Origin: Candidatus Wolframiiraptor gerlachensis
Lineage (GTDB): Archaea; Thermoproteota; Nitrososphaeria_A; Caldarchaeales; Wolframiiraptoraceae
Assembly: GCA_021323375.2 (NCBI GenBank)
Contig: JAJPCT020000016.1
Span: forward strand, 32,001-96,000
DNA: 64,000 bases
Direction: 5' to 3'
Shown: piece by piece, positions 9,684 through 20,014 of the stretch
How the letters are laid out: each line of letters opens with the position of its first letter
Position numbering within the stretch: the first letter of the stretch is position 1
Notes under the pieces: generated by a model
What the model saw: the letters and a program-made list of their open reading frames with translations, nothing else
What the model was told of the DNA's origin: nothing
Database searches by the model: none
Translations under genes and position numbers: made by a program

Positions 9684-10895
9684 TTAAGCCTCCTTCCCGC
9701 TACTCGGGGACTTCAGCGTGGCTGTCGAGACTATTAGCCCGATCACAGCTAGGATCGCCGTCGTCAGAAATGCCGGGGAGTATGATCCAGTGGTTGCCTG
9801 GATATAGCTCGCTAATGTTGGGCCTATGAGAGCGCCAGCCCCATATCCTGTGAAGACTATTCCATAGTTTGTCCCGAGATACTTTAGGCCGAAGAATGTG
9901 GAGGTGCCAGCGGGCGCGATCGCGAGCCATCCGCCGAAGACGAGCCATAGAAGGGCGAATGAAATTATGTATAGTGGCAGCGTGTAGGCCTGCGTGGCCA
10001 GTAGAGCCGCAGCGAAGATCACGATAAACGATATGAGCGCCGTCTTTCTTACCCCAAGGCGGTCGCAAAGATATCCGAAGAATGGCCTCCCCGCCCCATT
10101 AAAGATCGCGAAGACGCCTGTTGCGGCTGCGGAGAGCTCGGGCGTGAGCCCCACAACCTCTTGACCGTATTTCGCGGCAAGCGATATCGCCGTGAAGCCG
10201 CCGAGTGTCCCGAGAGCATAGGAGAGCCATAGTCCATAGAAGGTCGGCGTTCTAATCATCTGCTTGGGCTCGAGCTCTGCTAGAGCGTGGTTTTTCGCCG
10301 CTTGGGGCGTTGTGCTGAGCGGCGTACAGCCCTCGGGTGGGAAGCTAAGGGGGATCGAGAGGATTATCAGCAACGCTCCGAAGGCTATTCCAAGATATGC
10401 GAACGTGTTCATAAGACCGACCACGTGTATCAAGTAGTTTGCTAGGGGCGCGGTTATCAGCGGGGAGAGGCCGAATCCTAATATCGTTAGCCCAACCGCA
10501 AGGCCCCTCCTCTCGGGAATCCACTTGCTCGAGACGGATATCGGGACACCATATGCTATCCCAACGCCGGCTCCCGCGATAACGCCATAGAAGATCAGCG
10601 TGAATATTAGTGGCTCCGGCAGGCTGGCCACGAGGCTTGTTAGGAGCCATCCAAGACCCACTAACACCCCACCTATCAGCGATGTCCTTCTTGGCCCCAA
10701 GGCCTCCATTAACTTTCCACCGACAGGCATTAGAAGCGCAAATACGAGCAGGAATACCGTGAAGGGTAGACCTGACTCCACTGCGCTCCATCCGAAGAAG
10801 CTCTCCAGCGGCTTCCTAAAAACGCTCCAGCTATAGATCGTCCCAAGCATCAGGTTTATCACGAGGCCTATGGGCGGATATATCCACCGCTTCAC
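9684..10895 (-). CDS. MFS transporter, oxalate/formate antiporter (OFA) family
   Basis: GTIYSWSVF, KWIPERRGLAVG, FNGAGRPFFG, GTNYG; about 12 TM helices. Confidence 0.88.
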   Translation of the reverse strand: MKRWIYPPIGLVINLMLGTIYSWSVFRKPLESFFGWSAVESGLPFTVFLLVFALLMPVGGKLMEALGPRRTSLIGGVLVGLGWLLTSLVASLPEPLIFTLIFYGVIAGAGVGIAYGVPISVSSKWIPERRGLAVGLTILGFGLSPLITAPLANYLIHVVGLMNTFAYLGIAFGALLIILSIPLSFPPEGCTPLSTTPQAAKNHALAELEPKQMIRTPTFYGLWLSYALGTLGGFTAISLAAKYGQEVVGLTPELSAAATGVFAIFNGAGRPFFGYLCDRLGVRKTALISFIVIFAAALLATQAYTLPLYIISFALLWLVFGGWLAIAPAGTSTFFGLKYLGTNYGIVFTGYGAGALIGPTLASYIQATTGSYSPAFLTTAILAVIGLIVSTATLKSPSSGKEA

Positions 10896-10997
10896 AAGAC
10901 CCCACCAGACGCGTAGAAACCGATAATGCTGCTATTTTGACCCTCCCTTTTTGAGAGTTAACAGAAGTTATAAGGCTGGAAGAATGTGTGGGGAATT

Positions 10998-11360
10998 CTA
11001 GCCTATTATCTTCACACCGCTCCCGGTTGGGTATTTCTCGGCAAACTCCCTCGTCGTGAGGACTATGCAGCCGGATTTCAGGAGCTTTTCATAGGCCTTT
11101 TTCGAGAAGCCGAAAGCCGAGATCGTTATCGGGTGGTCGATGCTACCCGTCCCCAAGACCTTGCCAGGAACATAGACCACGTCGCCACTGCTCGTCAGCC
11201 TATTCAGCTTGTAGAGGTTTACAGCCCTCCTCTGCCTCCTCGACCTCTCAGCCTCCTCGAGTATCCTCCTCCAGAACCTCGTCTTCCTCGCCTCCCTCGG
11301 TATAGCCCTGATTATGCTCATCCTGAGACCCGGCTTAACAACCTTCCTCCGGCTAACCAT
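10998..11360 (-). CDS. rpl18e: 50S ribosomal protein L18e
   Basis: RRQRRAVNLYKLNR, VPGKVLGTG, GVKIIG. Confidence 0.95.
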   Translation of the reverse strand: MVSRRKVVKPGLRMSIIRAIPREARKTRFWRRILEEAERSRRQRRAVNLYKLNRLTSSGDVVYVPGKVLGTGSIDHPITISAFGFSKKAYEKLLKSGCIVLTTREFAEKYPTGSGVKIIG

Positions 11361-11394
11361 CGCGGATCAACTCATCATAAAGGTCTCTAAAAAA

Positions 11395-12054
11395 TCATTT
11401 GGTGGACCCCTGCTGGAGGGCTTCTTGGAAGAGCGCCTCGAGTTCCGCCGCCTTCTTTTCTAATGCCTTAGCAGCCTCCACCAGAATCCTCCTAGGCGGC
11501 AGAAATCCTATAGACTCGATGTAGAGTATTCTCTCATCTCCTCCGCCAGCTTCGGGCTCATATAGGGTTGCTATGGCGGCCTGCCACTTGGCGTGCTGCC
11601 TCCCCCTCCCAACCCTGACATAGAGCTCGAGCTCGATCTTCTGGCCCGGGCTGAGCTTTACTATCGGAATCCGGGGGCTTACAGGCTTCACGGTGGTCTC
11701 CTCCTCAGGCACTATGTCGCCGCTGTAAACCGTTATCGGCTCATCTTTGGCCTCAGCCCTAAGGACAAATCTCGCTGCACAACGCTCGCATCCAAGCCTC
11801 TTACCACAGCCACACTCCTCCGGGGGCACATAACGATCTATATCCGAGATAAATGGTATCAGCGAGATCCTATGCACCAGCACATCATTTGGCATACTGG
11901 AGCTATTCTCTATTATCAAAACCTCCTCAATCGCCATGGTTGGAACCTCATTAATCGCCATACGCCTAATAGCATTCGCAACCGCTAGGGGAACCCCCGA
12001 CAACAATATTCTAATGCTCTTATTATCCTCCTCCAAAAGCTTGACCGATATCAT
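11395..12054 (-). CDS. rpoD: RNA polymerase subunit D (Rpo3)
   Basis: ANAIRR, EVPTMAI, HRISLIP, GRQHAKWQ; Cys cluster CGCGKRLGCERC. Confidence 0.95.
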   Translation of the reverse strand: MISVKLLEEDNKSIRILLSGVPLAVANAIRRMAINEVPTMAIEEVLIIENSSSMPNDVLVHRISLIPFISDIDRYVPPEECGCGKRLGCERCAARFVLRAEAKDEPITVYSGDIVPEEETTVKPVSPRIPIVKLSPGQKIELELYVRVGRGRQHAKWQAAIATLYEPEAGGGDERILYIESIGFLPPRRILVEAAKALEKKAAELEALFQEALQQGSTK

Positions 12055-12112
12055 GAGCCGAGCATCCGGCCTTGAAGGCAGGCTAAAAGCATTTCGCACA
12101 AACACGTAGGAG

Positions 12113-13096
12113 CTATGTTACGTAAAAGCAGGCCACATAATGATCATTTTCAGCCTCCCTTAACTCGGGCTCTTCTCTTCGACAAATCTCCCCTGCGATC
12201 GGGCACCTCGGATGAAATCGACAACCAAGAGGGGGATTAATTGGGTTGGGAACCTCACCCTTTAACTCCACCCTCTTAGGCTCCTTCAATGGTCTTGGAA
12301 CGGGTATCGATGTCAGCAGCGCTTTGGTATAAGGATGGAGCGGGTTTTCAAAGACTAGTTCAGACGGGCCATGCTCAACGATCTTCCCAAGGTACATGAC
12401 CGCTATTCTATCCGCAATATACCTCGCCACTGCAAGGTCATGAGTTATGAATATGTATGTTAAGTTAAACTCCTGCTTAAGCATTAACATGAGGTCTAGA
12501 ATCGAGGCCCGGAGCGAGACATCAATCATCGAGACCGGCTCATCCGCGACGACAAGTTCCGGCTTCAAGACTATTGCACGCGCTATTGCAACCCTCTGCC
12601 TCTGACCCCCGCTAAGCGCTCGTGGATAAACATTATAGAACTTCTCCGGAGGCGTTAAGCCAACCTGCTCCAAAGTCTTCATCACAATGTCCCTAAGCTC
12701 GCTTCCCTGTGCCAATCCATGAATCTTTAATGGATGAGCAACCTGCTCGCCTATAGGCATCCGGGGATTAAGCGAGGCATATGGGTCTTGGAATATTATC
12801 TGCATCTTTCTCCTAAGTCTTCTGAGCTCCTCGCCTCGCAGATCTGTTATATCCATGCCGTTAAAGATAATCCTTCCGGAAGTTGGATCAATAAGCCTGA
12901 CTATTAGGCGGCCGAGGGTGGTTTTTCCACAACCACTCTCCCCAACAAGAGCTAAGGTCTCGCCACGCCAAACAGTTAAGCTTACTCCGTCAACCGCCTT
13001 GACAAACAGCTTCTCCTTAGCTAAAAGCCTCTCTAAGAAGCTCTTCTGAACTGGGAACCACTTACGGATATTTATCAGCCTTAAGATTTCATCCAC
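12113..13096 (-). CDS. Oligopeptide/dipeptide ABC transporter ATP-binding protein (OppF/DppF)
   Basis: [17 protein letters not shown]-terminal GCRFHPRCP. Confidence 0.93.
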   Translation of the reverse strand: MDEILRLINIRKWFPVQKSFLERLLAKEKLFVKAVDGVSLTVWRGETLALVGESGCGKTTLGRLIVRLIDPTSGRIIFNGMDITDLRGEELRRLRRKMQIIFQDPYASLNPRMPIGEQVAHPLKIHGLAQGSELRDIVMKTLEQVGLTPPEKFYNVYPRALSGGQRQRVAIARAIVLKPELVVADEPVSMIDVSLRASILDLMLMLKQEFNLTYIFITHDLAVARYIADRIAVMYLGKIVEHGPSELVFENPLHPYTKALLTSIPVPRPLKEPKRVELKGEVPNPINPPLGCRFHPRCPIAGEICRREEPELREAENDHYVACFYVT

Positions 13097-14063
13097 CGCT
13101 CTCTAACCCCCCATTATATAAATGGCATCTAACCATTCTACCATCTAACTCCAGTGGTCTCGGAGGAATGCTTTTGCACATATTCATTACCTTGGGACAT
13201 CTAGGCCAGAATCTGCAACCAGCTGGCGGGTTCATCATGTCTGGCGGGCTTCCGGGAATATAAATCAGCTTGGTTCTAGGCTTTTCAACATTAGGTATAG
13301 ACTCTAATAGAAGTTGAGTGTAAGGATGTAGCGGCTCTTGAGACACCTTCTCTGAGGAGCCCACTTCACATAGCTCACCTGCATACATGACAGCTACCCT
13401 ATCACTTCTCTCGATCACCAGCGCTAGGTCATGGGTTATTAGGAGTATCGCCATTTTCATACTCCTTTTCAGATCAGATAATAAGTCCATTATCCTTGAC
13501 TGAACTATTACATCAAGGGCCGTTGTCGGCTCATCAGCAATTAGTAAATCCGGATTAAGCATAGTCGCCATAGCGATCATCACCCTCTGCCTCATCCCGC
13601 CGCTAAGCTGATGTGGATAATCATCAAATCTATCAGGAGCTATGCCAACACGCTCTAAAGCTCTCAACGCGATCTCCTTAGCCTCTTCCTTATTAACGCG
13701 TGTATGCACTATTATAGTCTCAATAAGTTGATCACCTATTTTACGTAAAGGATCCAAGGAAGTTAGAGGGTCTTGGAAAATCATTCCAATGTGTTTTCCA
13801 CGTATGTTCCTGAGCTCTTTTTCAGGAAGTTTTAGCAAGTCCATTTTTCGAAAAATGATTTCACCATCAACTATCCTACCTGGTGGTGGAATGAGACGCA
13901 CTATTGATAAGCCTAAGCTGGATTTACCGGAGCCAGATTCCCCGACTAATCCGAGGAGCTCGCCCCTACTGATTGAGAGAGATACATTATCAACAGCTCT
14001 AATGACACCCTCCCTAGTGAAGTAGTATGCTTTCAGGTTTCTCATCTTAAGGATCTCTTCCAC
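13089..14063 (-). CDS. Oligopeptide/dipeptide ABC transporter ATP-binding protein (OppD/DppD)
   Basis: GESGSGKS, YPHQLSGGMRQR, ADEPTTALD; start placed at GTG 14063. Confidence 0.93.
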   Translation of the reverse strand: MEEILKMRNLKAYYFTREGVIRAVDNVSLSISRGELLGLVGESGSGKSSLGLSIVRLIPPPGRIVDGEIIFRKMDLLKLPEKELRNIRGKHIGMIFQDPLTSLDPLRKIGDQLIETIIVHTRVNKEEAKEIALRALERVGIAPDRFDDYPHQLSGGMRQRVMIAMATMLNPDLLIADEPTTALDVIVQSRIMDLLSDLKRSMKMAILLITHDLALVIERSDRVAVMYAGELCEVGSSEKVSQEPLHPYTQLLLESIPNVEKPRTKLIYIPGSPPDMMNPPAGCRFWPRCPKVMNMCKSIPPRPLELDGRMVRCHLYNGGLESGG

Positions 14064-14917
14064 TAAGTCCTCACCTCCATTGCTTGGAAATATTCCGCTA
14101 CACTTTCGCCAATGAAGGTAAATCCTACAGCCAATATCATTATCATTAAGCCCGGGAACGTTATTAGCCACCAATATCCTGATAGCAAGTATGGGTGACC
14201 GGCTTTTAAGTCAAATCCCCAGTCTGGTGTTGGTGCTGGAACGCTTAGTCCGAAGAAGCTTAAAGCTGCCTCGGTTAGAACAACGTCTGCCACGCTAAGG
14301 GTGAAGACTACAGTGATTATTGAAATCACATTTGGGAAAATATATCTCACGAGAATCGTCATATGATTGGCTCCTATAGCCCTAGCTGCCTCAACATATA
14401 GCTGCTCCTTTATGCTTAACGTTTGTCCTCTCACCATCCTAAAATATGTAGGAACATAAACGATTGCAATTGCTATTGCCGTGTTGATGATCCCGGGCCC
14501 TAACGCCGCCGCCATAGCTATCGCTAGAATCAAGCTAGGGAACGCATAGATGGCATCCATAATCATGCTTAGGATCCTATCTAGTAAGCCGCCGACATAC
14601 CCTGAGATTAAGCCGAGTGGAACTCCTATTAGCATCGAGATTGCTGTTGAAAGCAAGACTACTATAATGATCGTTCTAGCACCATATACTATCCTGCTCC
14701 ACATATCCTGTCCTATCTTGTTTGTCCCAAGAGGATGTTCCCAGCATGGCGGCTGGAAGCCCGGACCCACGGTTCTCGTGGGGTCGTAGGGTGTTAAGAG
14801 TGGAGCAAATATTGCGAGAAATACTACGAACGTTACCATGCCCACGCCAACCCATCCTAAGGTACTCAACTTGACTTTGGGGACAAGCTTCATGAGAATT
14901 GGCCGAAAGGTGTACAT
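14063..14917 (-). CDS. Peptide ABC transporter permease (DppC/OppC)
   Basis: HPLGTNKIGQD, EAARAIGA (EAA motif), EAALSFFG. Confidence 0.93.
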   Translation of the reverse strand: MYTFRPILMKLVPKVKLSTLGWVGVGMVTFVVFLAIFAPLLTPYDPTRTVGPGFQPPCWEHPLGTNKIGQDMWSRIVYGARTIIIVVLLSTAISMLIGVPLGLISGYVGGLLDRILSMIMDAIYAFPSLILAIAMAAALGPGIINTAIAIAIVYVPTYFRMVRGQTLSIKEQLYVEAARAIGANHMTILVRYIFPNVISIITVVFTLSVADVVLTEAALSFFGLSVPAPTPDWGFDLKAGHPYLLSGYWWLITFPGLMIMILAVGFTFIGESVAEYFQAMEVRT

Positions 14918-14929
14918 AGCATCACCTCC

Positions 14930-15955
14930 CTAGTATCTTATCCTCGGATCTATGTACGCGTAGAGTATGTCAACTACTAGGTTGATTAGTGAGATTATTA
15001 TTGCGAAGAATACCACCGTGCCTTGGACTGTCGTATAGTCTCTATATTCTATTCTCTCGAAGAGGAATGTCCCCATACCCGGCCAGCTGAATGTGGTTTC
15101 CGTGAGAATCGCCCCCGTCATTAGGAGGGCGAGCTGAAGCCCCATCATGGTCATTATCGGGATGAATGCGTTCCTGAGGACGTGAATCACGAGCCTATGC
15201 TCTGGTATCCCGCGGGCCCTAGCAGCGATAACAAAATCCTGCCTCATTACCTCCTCAACACTGGTCCTGGCAACTCTGCTAAAGATCCCAGAAATGACAA
15301 GCCCTAGGGTTAGAGATGGAAGGATTATATGCCTCAGGGCACTCACAAAGCTATCCCACCTCCCGGTAAGAATGCTGTCTAAGAGGTAGAGCCCTGTGAT
15401 CATGGGAGGCTCAAGCCCCGGATCTATTCTTCCTCCAACCGGGAGAACTTTAAGCCAAACTGCGAATAGTAGCTGGAACATCATGCCTATCCAAGGTATA
15501 AAGAGCGCATATGTGATCGCGCTATAGATCTTGACTGCGGAGTTTGTCTTTCCACCCTTCCAGCCCCCTAGAGTACCCAATGCCACCCCGAGGATTATGC
15601 TGACCAAAAAGCCCGCTATCGCGAGCTCTATTGTTGCTGGAAGATGTTCCATTATTTCGACCAAGACAGGTCTTTTACCCCAGATCAAAGATCTACCGAA
15701 ATCGCCTCTAAAGAGATTTGCAAGATAGTTGAGGTACTGTATTGGGAGGGGTATCGGATTTCCAGACTCATCAACAAGACCCAAAGCTTTTCTAAGCTCC
15801 AGTACTCTCTCCGGAGGAGCCTTCATCCCGACAATCGCAATGACGGGATCACCGGGCATGACGCGCATGATGAAGAAGACTAAAGAGACCAATAGCAGTA
15901 TCGTCGGTATCACCAGCAAAAGCCTAGCAATTACAAAGACCTTGAGCGACGTCAC
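14930..15955 (-). CDS. Peptide ABC transporter permease (DppB/OppB)
   Basis: MPGDPV, GDFGRS, ARARG, TETTFSWPGMG, DPRIRY. Confidence 0.93.
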   Translation of the reverse strand: MTSLKVFVIARLLLVIPTILLLVSLVFFIMRVMPGDPVIAIVGMKAPPERVLELRKALGLVDESGNPIPLPIQYLNYLANLFRGDFGRSLIWGKRPVLVEIMEHLPATIELAIAGFLVSIILGVALGTLGGWKGGKTNSAVKIYSAITYALFIPWIGMMFQLLFAVWLKVLPVGGRIDPGLEPPMITGLYLLDSILTGRWDSFVSALRHIILPSLTLGLVISGIFSRVARTSVEEVMRQDFVIAARARGIPEHRLVIHVLRNAFIPIMTMMGLQLALLMTGAILTETTFSWPGMGTFLFERIEYRDYTTVQGTVVFFAIIISLINLVVDILYAYIDPRIRY

Positions 15956-16026
15956 TTCAGCATCACACCACCTTATGCCCTTATGCAAAGAATGAATTTC
16001 GAATGGAAAAATAAAAGTTTGGGGTG

Positions 16027-17748
16027 TTAAACAAGGGAATAGCTGGCGGCTAAACCGAATTCAAGCTCGGTGGTTCCTGGAATATATCTCATCATACCGG
16101 TCATAATGTTGTTCAAGATCTCCCACGTGAAGAAGTCGTAAGCATTTGCTGGATCCAAATCTGTTACCTTATCGGTAACGCCTATTATAATACGGTCCGC
16201 GATCCTGCCGCCCTCTTCCTTGTAGATTAGCCAGTATCTAAGTAATAGTGTTGGATCTAAAACCACTCCCTTAATACCCTTTCTATAAGCAATTTCCAGC
16301 TTACCTTGAGCAAACGGCACTATTACGGCATCCTCAGCCCAAATGTCTTGGATTCTCTCGTATAATGTGGTCCTCTCCTCAATTGAAGTCTTTGTTCTGG
16401 CCTCGACTAACAGTTTGCCCAGCTCCTCGCTCACATAAGCATTGCCCAGCCATCTACCAGCCTCATTAACAAATGGCGAGGTATAGTCGTCTGGATCAAT
16501 ATAGTCCGGATACCAGCCGTATAAGGAGGCTCCTAGCATTCTATTCCTCGTGTAATCTAGATACGTGGTCCACTCCGCGCTCTTAAGCTCGACTTCAACC
16601 ATTCCGATTTCCTCCCATTGCTGCTTTATCATCGTTGCCACATCAACTTCAGTGTCTCCATAATGTGTCGGCGTATACCATAGCTCTATCTTAAGCTTGT
16701 TAGACGAGCTGTAGCCGGCCTCTTCCAGAAGCTTTCTAGCTAGCTCGAGGTTCCGGTCACCATACTTTTCCTTGAAAGAATCCTTATGACTCCACATGCC
16801 CATAGGCACCATGCTGTAGAGTGGCTCATAGGTTCCGAGATAGACCTTCTCACAGATCGCTTTTCTATCAAGCGCAGCTGCAAGAGCTTTTCTAACTCTT
16901 GGATCGTCAAATGGTGGTATGTGCATATTAAATACTATGTATCTTATGGCTCCTCCCGGTGCTTCGAGAACTTCTATTCCCTCCTTCTTTTTCAAGTCCT
17001 GTATATCGGTTGGTCTAAGAGTTCTCCAAGCAATATCGACTTCACCCGCCTCTAAGGCCATTCTGAGGGCCGTGGCGTCCTTGTAAAACTTCACAATTAC
17101 CTGCTTAGTCTTTGGCATCCCGGCGAACCAGTATGGATTCGATTCTAAAACAAGCTCAACATCTCTTGTCCATTTTATAATCTTATGAGGTCCTGCACCG
17201 CCTGCTGTTTGATCGCTATCAATTTCATCTGGCTTATAAGCAGGATGAACTGGGAAGTATGTCGGAACAGCTAATAGTGCGGGGAAGAATGCAACCGGCT
17301 CCTTTAACGTGAACTTAACGGTATTGTCGTCTAAGGCTTTCCAATCGTCCAAGAAGTCTAGGACGAACCATGCTGGATCACCTTCTATCTTCGCTACCCT
17401 GTCAATAGATCTGACCACATCATGTGCTGTTAATGGTGTTCCATCAGCAAAATAGAGACCTGGCCTAAGCTTTACAATACATTCTTTCCCAACAACAGGT
17501 GGAGGAGCAGTAACGGTTGGTGATACCGTGACTGTTTTCGTTGATATTATTGTTGTTGCGATTGTTTCACGTCTTGTTTCGGTTACTGTGGTTGTTGGAG
17601 CGGTTGCGCTTCCCGCAAAGTAGCCTGCAACGCCTCCAGCAATTCCTGCAACGATGACCCCTGCAGCAACTTTCCCAGCGGTTGATAATGCTTCTCGCCT
17701 AGTTAATTTCCTCCTCTCATTCGCGCCCATGATGCTCTCCTCAACCAT
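16027..17748 (-). CDS. Family 5 peptide ABC solute-binding protein, circularly permuted, with twin-Arg-like signal/anchor and Thr-rich linker
   Basis: TRREAL plus hydrophobic helix and T-rich linker; LRPGLYFADGTPLTA near the N-terminus; DLDPANAYD...GLAASY at the C-terminus. Confidence 0.88.
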   Translation of the reverse strand: MVEESIMGANERRKLTRREALSTAGKVAAGVIVAGIAGGVAGYFAGSATAPTTTVTETRRETIATTIISTKTVTVSPTVTAPPPVVGKECIVKLRPGLYFADGTPLTAHDVVRSIDRVAKIEGDPAWFVLDFLDDWKALDDNTVKFTLKEPVAFFPALLAVPTYFPVHPAYKPDEIDSDQTAGGAGPHKIIKWTRDVELVLESNPYWFAGMPKTKQVIVKFYKDATALRMALEAGEVDIAWRTLRPTDIQDLKKKEGIEVLEAPGGAIRYIVFNMHIPPFDDPRVRKALAAALDRKAICEKVYLGTYEPLYSMVPMGMWSHKDSFKEKYGDRNLELARKLLEEAGYSSSNKLKIELWYTPTHYGDTEVDVATMIKQQWEEIGMVEVELKSAEWTTYLDYTRNRMLGASLYGWYPDYIDPDDYTSPFVNEAGRWLGNAYVSEELGKLLVEARTKTSIEERTTLYERIQDIWAEDAVIVPFAQGKLEIAYRKGIKGVVLDPTLLLRYWLIYKEEGGRIADRIIIGVTDKVTDLDPANAYDFFTWEILNNIMTGMMRYIPGTTELEFGLAASYSLV

Positions 17749-17881
17749 GTTTTTATCAAGTTATTTTTTGGGCTTCTACTGTCTGATAAACTTTATCCTA
17801 CTCTCCCCACGCGCCCCTTATACACTAAAATCGAATGAACTCTTCAAAGGCTATATTCTCCTACGAAGATATAACTATCTG

Positions 17882-18421
17882 ATGCTTAGGGTTGGTGGCT
17901 CAGTTATTGAGCTTGTTAAGGGTGATATCACGGAACTTGAGGTTGATGCCATTGTTAATGCTGCTAACTCGAGCCTTAAGATGGGTGGCGGTGTTGCTGG
18001 AGCCATCCTAAGGAAAGGTGGATGGAGCATTCAGGAGGAATGTGATAGGATTGGATACTGCCCGGTTGGTGGGGCCGTGATCACGGGCGCTGGAAGGCTT
18101 AAGGTGAGATACGTGATCCATGCGGTTGGCCCGAGGATGGGCGAGGGCGATGAGGATAATAAGCTCCGCAACGCAACCCTAAACTCCCTAAAGCTCGCGG
18201 AGCAGCATAATGTCAGGAGCATAGCATTCCCCGCGATCTCAACCGGGATATTTGGCTTCCCGAAAGATAGATGCGCGAAGATAATGCTGAGGACGGCGGT
18301 GGAGTATCTCCAGAAGGGCAGCAGGATCGAAAGGGTCATCTTCTGCCTCTATGACGATGAAACCTATAGGATATTCGAAGAGGAGCTTGAGAGGATAAAG
18401 AGGGAGCTCGGACAGGCTTAG
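17882..18421 (+). CDS. Macrodomain protein (O-acetyl-ADP-ribose deacetylase / ADP-ribose binding)
   Basis: GDIT, AIVNAAN, GGGVAGAI, IHAVGP, FPAISTGIFG. Confidence 0.93.
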   Translation: MLRVGGSVIELVKGDITELEVDAIVNAANSSLKMGGGVAGAILRKGGWSIQEECDRIGYCPVGGAVITGAGRLKVRYVIHAVGPRMGEGDEDNKLRNATLNSLKLAEQHNVRSIAFPAISTGIFGFPKDRCAKIMLRTAVEYLQKGSRIERVIFCLYDDETYRIFEEELERIKRELGQA

Positions 18422-18439
18422 TGGTGCTGTATCATCTCT

Positions 18440-19291
18440 TCAGGTGATGTATAGTGGACCTCCATGTTGCTCATCATACATCCTTTCGATCTCCTCGACT
18501 ATTCTCCTCAGATCCGCGTTCTCCTCCATGGCCTTGCTCATTGCCTGCTTGAGCGAGTCGGCCATCATCTTAAGCTCGCTAAGATCTACAATTATCCTCA
18601 TCAACTCGGTGAGTTTCATGGCTAGATGATAGGCGGCTATCGCGTTCGGATGCTGCATATAGGCTGGTGTATGAGCCCAGAGGCCCACGGCCTCGACCCC
18701 TACCTCCCTCGCCCTCAACATGAGATAACTATGGATGCTTGCCGGCCCACTGTACTCCGTTAGATCCAGCCCGGATAGCTTCATCTCGGCCCTCAAATGC
18801 TCCATGTTCACGACCGCGGAGATCTTCGTCCTGCGGGTATGTGGAACCTGATCCAAGACACCGCCCACGAGATACATCCTCTTAGCGGATAACATGCTGC
18901 AGAGATTTAGTATTAGGTTGGAGAACTCCCTCCAGCGGAGGCCTGGCTCCACGCCACTAAATATCACGAGAGACGCATCCTGTTCCTCATCCATCCAATA
19001 GTATATCGCGGCTCCAGGCATCTGAAGCCTCTCGATCAGCGCACCCCTTATCTCAACAAATGGTCTGCTTGTCGTCAAGTCATGAATCTCGGAGTAATCG
19101 ATCTCCATGATCTTCTCAGCGTCGAGCGCCCTAGCGAAGTACTCGACAGTGAGTGAGGCGACCCTGCCGGCATCGGGCCAGCCGCTAAAGCCGAGCAGCA
19201 TGTAACGCTTCTCAGCAGATCTTCCACTCTTCACCTTATTCTCGACCTCTCGGGGGATTTCTAGGAACATTAGGACACCTGACGCGAACAT
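18440..19291 (-). CDS. PAC2-family proteasome assembly chaperone-like protein
   Basis: GFSGWPDAG, SRP, GVEP, VPHTR, LWAHTPAY. Confidence 0.82.
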   Translation of the reverse strand: MFASGVLMFLEIPREVENKVKSGRSAEKRYMLLGFSGWPDAGRVASLTVEYFARALDAEKIMEIDYSEIHDLTTSRPFVEIRGALIERLQMPGAAIYYWMDEEQDASLVIFSGVEPGLRWREFSNLILNLCSMLSAKRMYLVGGVLDQVPHTRRTKISAVVNMEHLRAEMKLSGLDLTEYSGPASIHSYLMLRAREVGVEAVGLWAHTPAYMQHPNAIAAYHLAMKLTELMRIIVDLSELKMMADSLKQAMSKAMEENADLRRIVEEIERMYDEQHGGPLYIT

Positions 19292-19375
19292 GGGCTTCGG
19301 GGGATTTGAGGGTATCGGTCGCTGAGCACCCGCTTAAATCCTCCGATGATAATCGGCTATAGGGTGCTTGATAGT

Positions 19376-19882
19376 ATGGAGATCCGATTACAGCCTATAG
19401 GATATGTGGAGACTGACTATAGCGATGAGGAGATTTCAGAGGCATGGCCCCATGGTGTCGAGGGCAGAATCATAATCTATCCGAGGTTCTCTAATGGGCT
19501 CATGGACTTGGAGGGCTTCTCCCATATAATAGTCATTGCTTGGCTTCATAAGATCCCGGAGGAGGCTAGGATGACCCTCAAGGTCAGGTTCAAGAGGCTG
19601 ATCAGGCTGGGGCTAAGCATAGAGGAGGTTCCGGAGGTTGGGGTCTTCTGCTCCGACTCGCCGCATAGACCCAACCCGATGGCATCAACAATATTAAGGC
19701 TCAAGAAGGTTTATGGAAATGTGCTCCAAGTCTCGGGGCTCGACTTCCATAATGGGACACCGATACTGGATCTAGGAGCCTATACCCCATCATATTCTAT
19801 AGAGGGCTATATATTGCCGGACTGGTATACTGGATTGCTAGAGAAGCTTAGAGGAATTGGAATAAGTTGGGATAAGCTTTGA
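19376..19882 (+). CDS. TrmO/TsaA (YaeB)-family SAM-binding tRNA methyltransferase-like protein
   Basis: LQPIGYV, LEGFSHIIV, GVFCSDSPHRPNP, GTPILDL. Confidence 0.8.
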   Translation: MEIRLQPIGYVETDYSDEEISEAWPHGVEGRIIIYPRFSNGLMDLEGFSHIIVIAWLHKIPEEARMTLKVRFKRLIRLGLSIEEVPEVGVFCSDSPHRPNPMASTILRLKKVYGNVLQVSGLDFHNGTPILDLGAYTPSYSIEGYILPDWYTGLLEKLRGIGISWDKL

Positions 19883-20014
19883 GAAGGGGGCTCCACAGCC
19901 ACCGCGTTCACTTGAAACATACCTTGAGCATTAATGTGGTTTTCTTCATAAAGGTGTCATAATTAGGATGTGGGTTTAAGGTTAATAGGAGGCGTGCCGC
20001 GACTCCCGAATGGT

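Noticed and set aside
17654-17881. N-terminal extension of the macrodomain ORF
   Set aside because: Overlaps the divergent SBP start and promoter region; the likely start is ATG 17882
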